DNA of 64,000 nt from an uncultured Bacillales bacterium (GCA_948433085.1 CAOJDP010000002.1:13579-77578), one strand, 5' to 3'. Numbered from the stretch's first letter, positions 1 through 10,751 are shown. Numbers and translations are program-made. The notes: a model not told the origin generated them from the sequence alone.

Positions 1-562
1 CCTCATTAGGAATATGAATTAAACGAAGTGAATGATCAGAATTTACTTTAATAATTCTCCAAGATTGATTTGCAAATGTTACATAGTTATCCACATATTC
101 TCCTCGAAATATAAATTCATCATCTGATTGGTAAAGACCATTTCCTGATGTGACAATCTTAGAAGGTGATACAATTTTGGAATATAACGTTGTTGATTTA
201 TAACTTTCTCCACAATCCAAATATGGTAAATATAAATAAAAACTATTGTTATTCATTACCTTAACATAACCAGTACAAGTAGCATCTTTAATGTATTTGT
301 CTAAAGATTTTAGATTTCCTGATTCTACTAATTCCTCTGCAGTAATTGTTACAGTATTACCATCTTGTTCAGGTAATTTTTCAGTTCTATTTTTGTAATA
401 AATTTGTGCAGCATTTTTCATTTTTTGTTCTACATCTTCATAAGTCACTTTTGAATTTGTAAATATACTTGCAATCCCAATTACAAATATAAAAAATGCA
501 ATAATACTTCCACCTAAAATGTAAATTCTATTCTTAGGATTTATTTTTTTTATAAAATTCAT
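1..562 (-). CDS. hypothetical membrane-anchored protein (N-terminal TM helix), 3' end beyond window
   Basis: Reverse-strand ORF, ATG at 562-560 preceded by strong RBS (caggaggg, 7-nt spacing); N-terminus MNFIKKINPKNRIYILGGSIIAFFIFVIGIASIF is a TM anchor; ORF runs off the window start. Confidence 0.4.
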   Translation of the reverse strand, partial: MNFIKKINPKNRIYILGGSIIAFFIFVIGIASIFTNSKVTYEDVEQKMKNAAQIYYKNRTEKLPEQDGNTVTITAEELVESGNLKSLDKYIKDATCTGYVKVMNNNSFYLYLPYLDCGESYKSTTLYSKIVSPSKIVTSGNGLYQSDDEFIFRGEYVDNYVTFANQSWRIIKVNSDHSLRLIHIPNE

Positions 563-665
563 AAATAACCCTCCTGTATATACAAGATATTATAGCAAAT
601 TTTATTTTTTAGTACAAGCTTCTTTTTTGATAATCCCTATCATATACTACATTGGGTGAATATAA

Positions 666-1487
666 TTGAAAACAAAATGGATACTCGTATTAAAAGGAAT
701 GTTAATAGGGTTGGGAAAGGTAATTCCAGGGGTTAGTGGAAGTTTAATTGCAGTAAGCTTAAATGTCTATGAAGAGGCAATCGAAGCAATTGGTCATTTT
801 TTTAATGATGTAAAGAAAAATATTTATTTTTTAGGGAGTTTAGGAATAGGACTTGTGATATCCATTGCATTTGGAAGCAAAATACTTATTTATATGTTAG
901 AATTTTGTTATGTACCAACTATGTTATTGTTTATTGGATTTATCATAGGTATTTTTCCAAATTTGTATCACAAAATAGAAAAGAAAAACAAAAAAACAAT
1001 TTTCCTTTTTTTACTCCCTATGTTACTAGTATTAATGTTACCTTTGTTTTCTACGCATATGAATTTTTATCCAGAAAAAAATATGCAATCCTATATTGTT
1101 ATTTTTGGAATTGGCTTCTTAGATGCTATGACTATGGTAATTCCAGGTATTAGTGGAACGGCTATATTTATCTTATTAGGGTGCTATAGTTTTGTTTTAA
1201 ATCTTTTTAGCAATCTTACAAGTATAGAAATCTTGACTAATTTTTCTTACTATTGTTTCTTTGGAATTGGATTAGCCTTGGGAGTAATTTTGGTTTCTAA
1301 AATAATGTCTTTTTTATATAACAAATATAAACAAGCTACCTATACTATTATCATGGGTTTTACATGTGCTTCCGTAATTTTATTGATTGTAAAGGTAATT
1401 CAAGCCAGTGATGGTATATGGGAAGTCTTGGTTGGAATTCTACTTGCTATTATAGGTTATTTCATTTCAATTTGTTTTGGGGATTAA
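666..1487 (+). CDS. DUF368-family polytopic membrane protein (two PG[VI]SG[ST] repeats; PopT-like polyprenyl-phosphate transporter family)
   Basis: Two internal repeats with IPGVSGS / IPGISGT motifs typical of DUF368; TTG start at 666 with GGGTGA RBS. Confidence 0.5.
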   Translation: MKTKWILVLKGMLIGLGKVIPGVSGSLIAVSLNVYEEAIEAIGHFFNDVKKNIYFLGSLGIGLVISIAFGSKILIYMLEFCYVPTMLLFIGFIIGIFPNLYHKIEKKNKKTIFLFLLPMLLVLMLPLFSTHMNFYPEKNMQSYIVIFGIGFLDAMTMVIPGISGTAIFILLGCYSFVLNLFSNLTSIEILTNFSYYCFFGIGLALGVILVSKIMSFLYNKYKQATYTIIMGFTCASVILLIVKVIQASDGIWEVLVGILLAIIGYFISICFGD

Positions 1488-1522
1488 CATACTTATATAA
1501 GTAAAGCATAAAATATAAAGAG

Positions 1523-1873
1523 GTGAATAATATGGAGAAAAAATTGCCAGGAATTTATGCCAATAAAATTAATAAACCAATTACAAATAATGAAAAAGTT
1601 GCATATGGTTATAAGGAGAAAGAACAAGTAGAAAAAAAAGAAGATTCTAAAAGAAGTTTTCAACCTGAAAAAAATATAAATCAGAAATTAAGAGAGATTT
1701 TTGCATCGCCTAGATATGTTTATAAAGCAGATGTAAAAATTGTAACAAAAAATGGGAATATAGTTAAAAAAATTATTGGGCAAAATAATACACATTTAAT
1801 TACGATGGATAATGAATTAATTCCAATTGGTGAAATAACAGATATATCTTTTGTAACGGATGAAAAATCATAA
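1523..1873 (+). CDS. hypothetical protein
   Basis: ORF with RBS-like AGAGGTG upstream; no recognisable motif. Confidence 0.35.
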   Translation: MNNMEKKLPGIYANKINKPITNNEKVAYGYKEKEQVEKKEDSKRSFQPEKNINQKLREIFASPRYVYKADVKIVTKNGNIVKKIIGQNNTHLITMDNELIPIGEITDISFVTDEKS

Positions 1874-1907
1874 AACTAATTTTATACTTTCAATTACTTA
1901 CAAAAAT

Positions 1908-1930
1908 AAAAATAGGCAAAGCCTATTTTT
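1908..1930. terminator. bidirectional rho-independent terminator between convergent genes
   Basis: aaataggc-aaa-gcctattt hairpin flanked by A-run and T-run. Confidence 0.5.
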
Positions 1931-2375
1931 ATATGCATTCAACAAATGTATCTTGTAAGCATTTAATTACACAAACACAGTTTAGATTCATTGTAAAGAA
2001 TGAGTTTGTAGCAACATATGGAATTGTAGCAGCTTCAGCAACATCAGGATTTGGTGCTAACACACGGAAAGTTGCGCAACATCCATCAATTTTTTCAACT
2101 CTAAATACATTAGAACAAGTTGCTCCAACTTGGTCACATACAATTGCTTCTTTTGTAGTTGGCATGCTCCATGGTGTTCCATTTCCACAACAAGTATATA
2201 ACATAATTGGTCTTGTATTACAACTTAAACTACTAGCGGAACAACCTAGAAAACCACGGTCACAAGTATCTAAGCAACATCCATCAGCGCAATTTGCGTT
2301 TTGTTGAAGAATACAAATAACAGTTAGTATTTCAGCAATGCATTTGCAATCAGTATTGTTATTATTTTCACACAT
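1929..2375 (-). CDS. CotY/CotZ-family cysteine-rich spore coat protein
   Basis: Cys-rich 148 aa; segments CSNVFRVEKIDGCCATFRVL and NLNCVCVIKCLQD resemble B. subtilis CotZ (FFRVERVHGSCATLSLL ... DLDCFCAINCLNP); ATG at 2375 with AGGGGTGG RBS. Confidence 0.55.
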   Translation of the reverse strand: MCENNNNTDCKCIAEILTVICILQQNANCADGCCLDTCDRGFLGCSASSLSCNTRPIMLYTCCGNGTPWSMPTTKEAIVCDQVGATCSNVFRVEKIDGCCATFRVLAPNPDVAEAATIPYVATNSFFTMNLNCVCVIKCLQDTFVECI

Positions 2376-2775
2376 ATAATCCACCCCTTTTTTTTATATT
2401 CAATATAACATATTCTAAAATACATAAAAGGTGTGAACGAATGTCCTATGTAGTATTCATAATGCGTAAAAATATAAATTCAGCTAAAGCAAAATTTGGC
2501 ATAAAAATGATGTATAAAAAATTATGGAAATATTCATTTTGATTAGATGGTTTATTACACATAAATATAATTTCTTTCTAATAATACATAAGTCTTATCC
2601 TAAGTTTATAATGTGTATTTGTACACTAAAATTCCATCTATTTTTTAAAAAGTAAAATTTAACGTAAAGATGCATTTACTTTTACAACTGAGAAAATAAA
2701 AAAATCAAAAATAAAAAACCTTTTTCTTTTCAATTGCTTTGAACTATCGTATAATATTAACAAGGAGACTGACAT

Positions 2776-4025
2776 ATGAAAAGAGCAATTGTTTTATCAG
2801 GTGGAGGCGCAAAAGGTGCTTATCAAATGGGTGTTTGGAAAGCAATAAAAAAATTAGGTATATCTTATGATATTGTAACAGGAACTTCTGTAGGAGCTTT
2901 GAATGCAGCTTTAATGGTCCAAAAAGATTTCCTTCGTGGCTTTGGTTGTGGTTTAATATGGATTTTAAATTGATTTTTGAGGATAAATTAGATATGAATT
3001 ATCACACTAAGGAAGGAAAAAATAAACTTTTTCATGTTTATGCACAAGCAGCATTGAATGGAGGTATGCAGGTTGAACGATTAGAACATACAGTAGAGAA
3101 AATACTTAATGTAAAGAAGATATATAAATCACCTATTGATTTAGGGATTGTTACTGTAAAATTTTCTAATTTAAAGCCTGTAATATTAACAAAAAAGGAA
3201 ATCCCTCCCACACAACTAAAAGATTATCTAATTGCTTCTGCATCTTGCTTTCCTGCTTTTCAGAAAAAGACAATTGCACATGAAAATTACATAGATGGTG
3301 GGTTATATGATAATCTTCCTATTAATTTAGCAATTACAATGGGTGCAACAGAAGTGATTGCAGTTGATTTAAAAGAAATAGGCATAAAAAAAAGAGTAAA
3401 AGACCAGACAATTCCTATTACTTATATTTCTCCAAATAATGATATAGGCTCTTTTTTAATCTTTGATAAAATGATGGCAAGATCTTGTATTCAATTTGGA
3501 TATAATGATACTATGAAAGCATTTCAACAATTAGATGGTAAAAAATTTACTTTTAAAAAGGGACATTTAGAAAAAAATTATGAACAATATTTTTCTAAAT
3601 ATATAGAGAATATGAAAAAAGTACTACATGTATCGAAACCTAATCCTATTTTAGATAGTATGTTTAAAATATCTGTACTGAATCATCTTTTGTTAAAAAC
3701 CGATTCTAAAATTGCAAAACAAAATTGGTACCAAGAAATTGAACGACTTGGTAAAGCATTCCACATGAACGAGACAAAAATCTACAATATTCAAAAATGG
3801 AATCAAGCTTTAATTACATATTATCAACAATTAGAACAAGATAAAACGTTAGAAGAGGACCTGAAAAAGAATAAATTTAAAAAATGGTTTCATAATGAAC
3901 AAATGATTTTTTATTTATGTGAATTAATGAAGAAAAAAAAGACTAAAAAATTGTACCAGAGTATATTATTATTTCCACATGAATTTTTAGAAGCGCTTTA
4001 TATAAAGACGATTATTGAGAAGTAG
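2776..4025 (+). pseudogene. patatin-like phospholipase split into two frames (frameshift or sequencing error near 2921-2945)
   Basis: ORF 2776-2973 carries GGGxKG and GTSVG (Ser nucleophile); overlapping ORF 2946-4025 in another frame carries the DGG catalytic Asp motif; A5 homopolymer at 2921-2925. Confidence 0.5.
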
Positions 4026-4035
4026 GTGAAAATTT

Positions 4036-5253
4036 ATGAAAAGAAAATTGCGAATCTTATTTATCGTTCTTTGCATGTTGTTCTTTATGTTGTATATACT
4101 TAGACCCAAAAATTACCAAACAAATTATACAATAACAACAAAAAATCAAAAATTTCATGTAAAAGAATCTTATCAAAAAGAACAATATTTATTAGAGGTT
4201 GATCATACTTTTTTTGTAACTGTCTCAAGTAAAAAAAAGAAACACAATCTTATAGAAGCAATTTATTATTATGAAAATGATCAATATCAATGTATGTATC
4301 TAGTTGGCAAAAATCTTCCTAATATCGATTTATTGTGCCATCATAAAGATACTTTATACCCGTATCAAGCAATAAAGGGAAATGATTCTGAAATTGATGC
4401 GTTTGTAAAATCATTAGAACAATATGGATATCATCAAGAGCAATTTGAAGATCAACAAAAAGTAGTAAAAACGTCCAATGGAATTACTATATATAATAAT
4501 TCAGTATCTAATCATATCATAGGGTTAGAAACTTATAAAGGAATTATAACCATAAATCAAAAAAATGTACTCAAAGAAAAGAACATATTTAAAAATGATC
4601 AATATCAGAAAGAAATAGAACAGTTTAATCAATCGTATTATGTAGTTGCGGATTATAATCAATCATATGAATTTCATGAGTTTTATGTAATTAATATTGA
4701 AACTGGAAAGGAGTCAAAAATAGTATCCAATCAAGCAATATCCTTAGATTCTTACATTCAAGGAATTGTGGATAATCAAATATATCTTTTTGATCGAAAT
4801 TATAAAAAACAATATAAAATTGATATAAAAAAGAGAAAGGTACAACAAGTTGGGGATACAGATTCTGGTGTTCAGGTCTATTTAAATGGTTGGAAAAACA
4901 TTACGATGTATCAAGCATTAAAGGAAGAAATATATTTTATTCAATCTCCATTAGAAGAGTCGATTCTCAAACAATATGATTATTGTGATTCCACAGAATT
5001 GTATACTTATTGTTATCAAAAAATAGACACACAATATCAAGTGTATCGTTATGATAATCAAATGCCAAAAGTACGTTATTATATTACATCAATTCCTGAT
5101 TGGAAACAGGTTGCATATATAGAAGATTACTTTTATTGGAAGGAAAATGATAAAATATACTATTATCAAGATAATATAGGAATAAGAGTCAAATTATCAA
5201 ACTCCGAATTTACATTCAATTCTAAACTGAAATTTGGTGTTTATGCCAAATAA
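4036..5253 (+). CDS. hypothetical membrane-anchored protein (N-terminal TM, Y/N/Q-rich ectodomain)
   Basis: N-terminal hydrophobic segment LRILFIVLCMLFFMLYIL. Confidence 0.4.
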   Translation: MKRKLRILFIVLCMLFFMLYILRPKNYQTNYTITTKNQKFHVKESYQKEQYLLEVDHTFFVTVSSKKKKHNLIEAIYYYENDQYQCMYLVGKNLPNIDLLCHHKDTLYPYQAIKGNDSEIDAFVKSLEQYGYHQEQFEDQQKVVKTSNGITIYNNSVSNHIIGLETYKGIITINQKNVLKEKNIFKNDQYQKEIEQFNQSYYVVADYNQSYEFHEFYVINIETGKESKIVSNQAISLDSYIQGIVDNQIYLFDRNYKKQYKIDIKKRKVQQVGDTDSGVQVYLNGWKNITMYQALKEEIYFIQSPLEESILKQYDYCDSTELYTYCYQKIDTQYQVYRYDNQMPKVRYYITSIPDWKQVAYIEDYFYWKENDKIYYYQDNIGIRVKLSNSEFTFNSKLKFGVYAK

Positions 5254-5301
5254 GAAGTAGCCTAAATCTCTTTATTTCATATATTATATTGAGGTGAGAA
5301 T

Positions 5302-5748
5302 GTGTATAAAGTATACCAAATCCAGAATGGAGATACATTAGAACAAATCGCACAACTTTTTCATACTACAACAGATACGATTCGGAAATTAAATGGGATT
5401 ACAGGGAATGTTTTATTAAGCCCAGGAAGCTTTTTAATTGTACCTGCAGAGGAGGAAACTTTATTTTATACTTATGTTGTTCAAAAAGGGGATAATATGT
5501 ATTCCATTGCGAGAAACAATCAAGTAGATTATGATATGTTATTACAGATCAATGGATTAGATGCAGATGACTATATTTATCCAAATGAGGAGATTTTGAT
5601 TCCTAAAAAGGATGTAAAAATGTATCAAGTAAAAGATGGAGATACTATGACTTCTATAATAGACCGAACCAATATGAATTATGACGGTTTAACAAAATTA
5701 AATCCAAACTTATTTTTAACACCTGATCAAATTATTTTCTATCGATAA
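5302..5748 (+). CDS. LysM-repeat protein (3 LysM domains)
   Basis: Three repeats of Y.V..GDT...IA......(L..LN) LysM consensus. Confidence 0.7.
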   Translation: MYKVYQIQNGDTLEQIAQLFHTTTDTIRKLNGITGNVLLSPGSFLIVPAEEETLFYTYVVQKGDNMYSIARNNQVDYDMLLQINGLDADDYIYPNEEILIPKKDVKMYQVKDGDTMTSIIDRTNMNYDGLTKLNPNLFLTPDQIIFYR

Positions 5749-5755
5749 ACTTAGA

Positions 5756-5780
5756 AATGACAAAATTGTCATTTTTTTTT
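5756..5780 (+). terminator. rho-independent terminator
   Basis: aatgacaa..ttgtcatt hairpin followed by T9. Confidence 0.6.
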
Positions 5781-5821
5781 CATTTGAACTATGGTATAGT
5801 ATTTATAAAAGAAGTGGTAAA

Positions 5822-7297
5822 ATGAAGATAAAAGGATGGATAAAACCTTATTTGTATTGTTTTTTGATTGCTTTTTTATTTCTTATGGTTTGTAGTAAAA
5901 ACTCTAGTTTGTATTATATGAATGATTGGGTAGATGCCAACGCCTTTTTTACGGTTGGAAAAGGGATGGTTAGGGGAATCGTTCCTTATCAAAGTTTATT
6001 TGAGCAAAAAGGGCCACTTTTATATCTAATTTATGGAATTGGGTCTTTCATTCATTATCAAAGTTTTTTAGGTGTTTTTATATTAGAAGTGTTTTCTTTT
6101 TCTATATTTTTATATTTCACTTATAAAATCATTATTTTGTTTTACAATGAAAAGAGCGCTTATTTTATAATTCCTGTTTTTACTTTGTTGTTAGTGACAT
6201 TAAAATCATTTAGTCACGGTGGAAGTGCGGAAGAATTTACTTTGCCATTTTTTATGGTATCACTATACTTTCTAATATCCTATTTAAAATCAGAAGAACT
6301 TTTGCTTTCTAACAAAATAATATTTTTGATTGGTATTCTAGCAGGATGTGTGTTGTGGATTAAATACACCTTATTGGGCTTTTGGTTTGGATGGATGGCA
6401 TGTGTATTTGTAATTGAATGCTACAATGGGCAATCAAGACAGGCAATTGTACATTGTTTTGTTTACCTTTTTGGTATGTTAATTGCGACGATTCCTTGGC
6501 TCATTTATTTTGGAATTCACAATGCTTTAGGAAATTTATGGAATGTTTATTTTGTTGTTAATATGAATGCTTATCCAAATAGTAATTCTTTATTGGCTAA
6601 AATTATGAAGACATTTCGTCTTTTATACAAAAATTTATTTATGAATTTTAAAGCATGTTTAGGGATAGTCATTGGATTCTTGTTTTTATGGACAAAGAAA
6701 ACTTGGTGGGCTAAAAAAGGCGCATGTTTCTGTTTAGTTATTTGTTTACTTACAACAGGAATCTTTATTTATATTGGTGGGACAAATTACCATTATTATC
6801 CATTTATCTTATCACCTTTTATGTTAATTGGTTTTTTAGTATTGTTATCTTATCTACCTCAATCTATATATCGTTTGCAAATTCCTGTTATAGTAATTAG
6901 TATTATATTTGCTTATTCTTTAAGTGTAAACACGAAAATGCTTGTCTATCAGAAAGAGGATTATGCACAATATCGTTTTTCTAAGATTATAGAAAAAAGT
7001 ATGGATTCTACTTTACTAAATTATGGTTTTTTAGATGGTGGTTTTTATACAATTACAGGCAATATTCCAAAATTTTATTATTTTATGAAAAATAATATTT
7101 CTTATCAAAAATACCCAGAAATGATGGATACGCAAAAGCAATATATTTTAGAGAAACAGCCTCATTATGTTATTACAAAAGGGACGTTATCTTTAGAACA
7201 TCGGACTTTAATAGAGGAAAATTATCGTTTAATTGATCAGCACACCCAAAAATATCAAACAAAACAAGTAACTTATTTATTGTATGAAAGGAAGTAG
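5822..7297 (+). CDS. GT-C fold membrane glycosyltransferase (PMT/ArnT/YfhO-like)
   Basis: Polytopic; N-terminal D..(x)..Y....M....P......KGPL pattern (DANAFF...VPYQSLFEQKGPLLY) reminiscent of GT39/GT83 catalytic loop. Confidence 0.45.
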   Translation: MKIKGWIKPYLYCFLIAFLFLMVCSKNSSLYYMNDWVDANAFFTVGKGMVRGIVPYQSLFEQKGPLLYLIYGIGSFIHYQSFLGVFILEVFSFSIFLYFTYKIIILFYNEKSAYFIIPVFTLLLVTLKSFSHGGSAEEFTLPFFMVSLYFLISYLKSEELLLSNKIIFLIGILAGCVLWIKYTLLGFWFGWMACVFVIECYNGQSRQAIVHCFVYLFGMLIATIPWLIYFGIHNALGNLWNVYFVVNMNAYPNSNSLLAKIMKTFRLLYKNLFMNFKACLGIVIGFLFLWTKKTWWAKKGACFCLVICLLTTGIFIYIGGTNYHYYPFILSPFMLIGFLVLLSYLPQSIYRLQIPVIVISIIFAYSLSVNTKMLVYQKEDYAQYRFSKIIEKSMDSTLLNYGFLDGGFYTITGNIPKFYYFMKNNISYQKYPEMMDTQKQYILEKQPHYVITKGTLSLEHRTLIEENYRLIDQHTQKYQTKQVTYLLYERK

Positions 7298-7361
7298 AAT
7301 TTCATCAAATATTTTTCTAGTATTTATTTTTACACTTTGATATAATAAATTTGGTGATATA

Positions 7362-8636
7362 ATGAAAAAAATCAATACTTGGATAGGAACACATATAGAG
7401 TCAATTATTATTTGTTTTTTACTATTGGGGCCAATATTTGATTGTATAACTGCTTTTTCTATTCATTTTTTGAAAAGTTCTTTTACAGCGATAATGGTAG
7501 TGAAAGTGTTTTTTTTAGGAATTCTATTCTATGATTTGTTTTTTATCAGTAAATGTCGGTATAGAAGAAAGATTGTATTGGAAGTTTCTTGTATCCTACT
7601 ATATATTGTTTTCTTTTGTACCCAAATTATTTTGCAAAAAGATGTATCTGTATTTCTCTATGAATGTCAAAATTTAATTCGAACTTTCTTTTTTCCAATT
7701 GCTTTACTTTGTATATACAATTTATATTTGGAAGATCGTTTTAGACCGAAAACAAAATATTTATATATGGTATTGTTTTTTTACCTTTTATTCATTTTTT
7801 TACCTATGATAACACACACTGGTTTTAATAGTTACGCACACAGCAAGGTAGGGACAATAGGATGGTTTTATTCCTGTAATGAAGTAGGTGGTATTTTATC
7901 TATTTTGTTTCCCTTTCTTTTTCATAAATTGTTACAACAAAAAAAATGGGTCGTCATATTTGGTATGTGTTTTATATTTTTTATATATTTTACGATTGGA
8001 ACCAAAGTACCGATTTTGAGTCTTTTTATTACTTGTATCCTTTACGGAATCTATTATTTTGTAAAGCTTGTGCAAAGTAAAAAGTGGAAACCCATTGCCT
8101 GTTTATTTGTTACAGGAATAATTGGGGTTTTTCTGTTAATCGTTTTTATTCCAAAAACTTCTTTTTATAAAAATATTCAAATTCATTTAGATTTTTTAGA
8201 AATACGTTCTATTTCTGATTTGATGACGATTCAGAAGATTGACCATTTTATTTTTAGTGAACGGATTCGATTTTTGGGAAAAACAGCAAATCATTATCAT
8301 AAAGCCTCTTGGAATCAAAAGTTATTAGGGATTGGTTATATTGAAAATTATGGAACAGATGATGTCTATATAAAGCAAATTGAAATGGATTATTATGACG
8401 TGTTCTTTCGTCATGGAATTGTCGGTAGTATTGTTTATTTTATACCATTTATATGGTTACTAGTAGAATATGTAAAGAAAATGAAAATTCATTTTGAACT
8501 TTCATCTACGATTAGTGTTCTTTTGATTTTGTTGCTATCTTTATTTTCAGGGCATATTGTAACTGCTCCATCTGTTAGTATTATTGTTGTTTATGTTTTA
8601 ATCTTATCAATTGGGGGAATCGTATATGAGAGCTAA
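7362..8636 (+). CDS. polytopic membrane protein, O-antigen ligase/polymerase (Wzy/WaaL)-like
   Basis: About 10-12 TM helices with a large loop near the C-terminus (…YYDVFFRHGIVGSIVYF…). Confidence 0.4.
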   Translation: MKKINTWIGTHIESIIICFLLLGPIFDCITAFSIHFLKSSFTAIMVVKVFFLGILFYDLFFISKCRYRRKIVLEVSCILLYIVFFCTQIILQKDVSVFLYECQNLIRTFFFPIALLCIYNLYLEDRFRPKTKYLYMVLFFYLLFIFLPMITHTGFNSYAHSKVGTIGWFYSCNEVGGILSILFPFLFHKLLQQKKWVVIFGMCFIFFIYFTIGTKVPILSLFITCILYGIYYFVKLVQSKKWKPIACLFVTGIIGVFLLIVFIPKTSFYKNIQIHLDFLEIRSISDLMTIQKIDHFIFSERIRFLGKTANHYHKASWNQKLLGIGYIENYGTDDVYIKQIEMDYYDVFFRHGIVGSIVYFIPFIWLLVEYVKKMKIHFELSSTISVLLILLLSLFSGHIVTAPSVSIIVVYVLILSIGGIVYES

Positions 8637-9504
8637 TTTTTTAATGGTAAACTATAATGATTATGAAAATGTAAAAAAAGTAGTGAATATGATAGAGCAT
8701 TATAAAATAATTGATAAAATTGTTATTGTGGATAATTGTTCTACCGACGATTCTTTAAAAAAAATAAAAGAATTAGAAAATGATAGAATTATTATTTTAG
8801 AGAGTGATCATAATGGGGGGTATGGTTATGGCATCAATGTAGGAGCGCAGTATTTAAATGGAATAAGTTTGAATGCTTATATAATAGTAAGCAATACAGA
8901 TATTATTATAAATAGTGAAGATGATATTCGAAAATTATTAGACACATTTACGGACAATACTGCTGTAGTAGCGCCAATTATAAAGGAACATGCAGGATAT
9001 AATTGTGGTTGGAAAGTACCTTTTCCTTGGCAAGATATTATATTAAGTATTCCAGGTATTTATAAGAAGTATCAGAAAAAGTTTTATTATGATATAAAAA
9101 ATGTAAAAAATAAAATTTTAGAAGTGGAGGCCATGTCAGGTAGTTTCTTTATAATTAAAGGATCGATTTTAAAAGAAGTAGATTATTTTGATGAAAATTT
9201 ATTTCTATATTATGAAGAAAATGTTTTAGCGAAAAAATTACAACAAATACAACAAAAAATTTTAATCAATGGAACAGTAGAAGTTTTTCATAATCATTCA
9301 ATAACAATAGATAAAGCGCATACAAGTGTTCAAAAATATAAAATATTGAAAGAAAGTCAATACTATTTTCAAACAAAATACAATCATGCGGGGATGATGC
9401 ATAAAATTGTAATGAAATTATTGTTTACAAGTATTGCTTTTGGATTATATTTGCGTAGTAGAATTCCAAAAAGAGGTTATAAAATCATTATGATTTTAAT
9501 ATAG
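8626..9504 (+). CDS. family 2 glycosyltransferase
   Basis: VIVDNCSTDDS and SNTD (DxD) motifs; ATG 8626 with GGGGGAA RBS. Confidence 0.7.
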   Translation: MRANFLMVNYNDYENVKKVVNMIEHYKIIDKIVIVDNCSTDDSLKKIKELENDRIIILESDHNGGYGYGINVGAQYLNGISLNAYIIVSNTDIIINSEDDIRKLLDTFTDNTAVVAPIIKEHAGYNCGWKVPFPWQDIILSIPGIYKKYQKKFYYDIKNVKNKILEVEAMSGSFFIIKGSILKEVDYFDENLFLYYEENVLAKKLQQIQQKILINGTVEVFHNHSITIDKAHTSVQKYKILKESQYYFQTKYNHAGMMHKIVMKLLFTSIAFGLYLRSRIPKRGYKIIMILI

Positions 9505-9591
9505 AAATTTGAAAAAGTCATATATTTATGGCTTTTTATGATAAAAAACTAAAAACTATGCTTTTCCCTTATTTTATGGGACTTTCCAAAA

Positions 9592-9603
9592 TTCTAGGTA
9601 CTA
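9592..9603. repeat. candidate attL core (ttctaggtacta)
   Basis: Exact 12-bp copy of the sequence at 46723-46734; a degenerate second copy (ttaggtactaa) follows. Confidence 0.5.
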
Positions 9604-9620
9604 TTTTAGGTACTAATATT

Positions 9621-10751
9621 TTATAAATTATCTAGTAAATCAACAATTTCATTTTGAACACTAGGGAATAAGTGCATATAAACTTCTTGCATTACTCGTA
9701 AGCTGTGACCCATTCTTTGGGACATCATCAAGAAGAATTTTGTTGAATCCGTTTCCCCTGATTTTAAATATTCATTTATACATACGCTAACGTGTGAATG
9801 TCTAAACTCGTGTATGGTTATCATTTCCTTTTCCATATCAGCTAGTTTAAAATATATCTTTCTATGTTTTTGAACTTGATAATCGGATAGGACTTCACCA
9901 TTACCGAATACAAACCAATCTTCACTAAAGTCACCATATTGTTTAACAAACTCTTTATACTTTAGTAATTCTTCTCTTAACTTTTTAGACATTGTTATTT
10001 CTCTATTTAGACAATTCTTAGTAGCTGTTATTTTATATTTACCTGTCTTAGTGTTAAATGAGATAGTTTTGTTTACGCTAATCTTTTTAGTATCAAAGTT
10101 TATATCTTTCCAAGTAAGAGCTAACATTTCACCTTTTCTCATTCCTGTAAAGTATAATGTTAGAAAGAAACAATGCCATAGTTCATCTTTAATAACATTT
10201 ATAAACTTACAATATTGTTCATAAATAATATATCTTAATTTTTTACTTGTTTCAACAACTTCATCATTTCTCTTTTTGAAGCGTCCTGATAATTCAACAG
10301 GATTATAATTTAACTCATACTTTCTATTAGCAAAACTAAATATTTCTTTAAACACAACATAGTATTGATTACAAGAATCTACTGACAATCCTTTATCTAA
10401 AAGCTTATTTTTCCAATTCTCAATATCCATTACGGATATTTCATCTATAAATTTATTCTTAAAATATGGTTTTATATGATTCTCATAATTTGATTTATAT
10501 GTTAAGACAGTAGATTCTCTTAATCGTTTAAAAGCGTCTTCAAAATAGTCATCAGCTACAACATCAAACCTTTTTTTTACTGGAGCGTCACGATTAAGTA
10601 AAAATACTCTTTCTTCGGCTTTGGCTTCCTTTTCTAGTAAATACCTTTTAGAAGTGTAGGGTACTAATTTTCCCTCGGTATTATGATAGTAAACTTTGAA
10701 ACGCCATTGTCGACCATCTTTAGTCTTTTCTTTATCTTTAAATACGGACAT
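9621..10751 (-). CDS. int: phage tyrosine integrase (site-specific recombinase)
   Basis: C-terminal HEFRHSHVS ... MGHSLRVMQEVYMH (R-H-R-Y catalytic residues). Confidence 0.85.
   Translation of the reverse strand: MSVFKDKEKTKDGRQWRFKVYYHNTEGKLVPYTSKRYLLEKEAKAEERVFLLNRDAPVKKRFDVVADDYFEDAFKRLRESTVLTYKSNYENHIKPYFKNKFIDEISVMDIENWKNKLLDKGLSVDSCNQYYVVFKEIFSFANRKYELNYNPVELSGRFKKRNDEVVETSKKLRYIIYEQYCKFINVIKDELWHCFFLTLYFTGMRKGEMLALTWKDINFDTKKISVNKTISFNTKTGKYKITATKNCLNREITMSKKLREELLKYKEFVKQYGDFSEDWFVFGNGEVLSDYQVQKHRKIYFKLADMEKEMITIHEFRHSHVSVCINEYLKSGETDSTKFFLMMSQRMGHSLRVMQEVYMHLFPSVQNEIVDLLDNL

Noticed and set aside
905-1153. 82-aa ORF nested in the DUF368 gene
   Set aside because: It is an alternate frame inside a well-supported membrane protein gene.
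1933-2307. 124-aa ORF on the plus strand
   Set aside because: It is antisense to the CotY/CotZ-like gene. It has no RBS, and its composition mirrors the Cys codons of that gene.
9505-9620. Looked for a tRNA or tmRNA as the prophage integration target
   Set aside because: No cloverleaf-compatible sequence is present. Integration appears intergenic between protein-coding genes.
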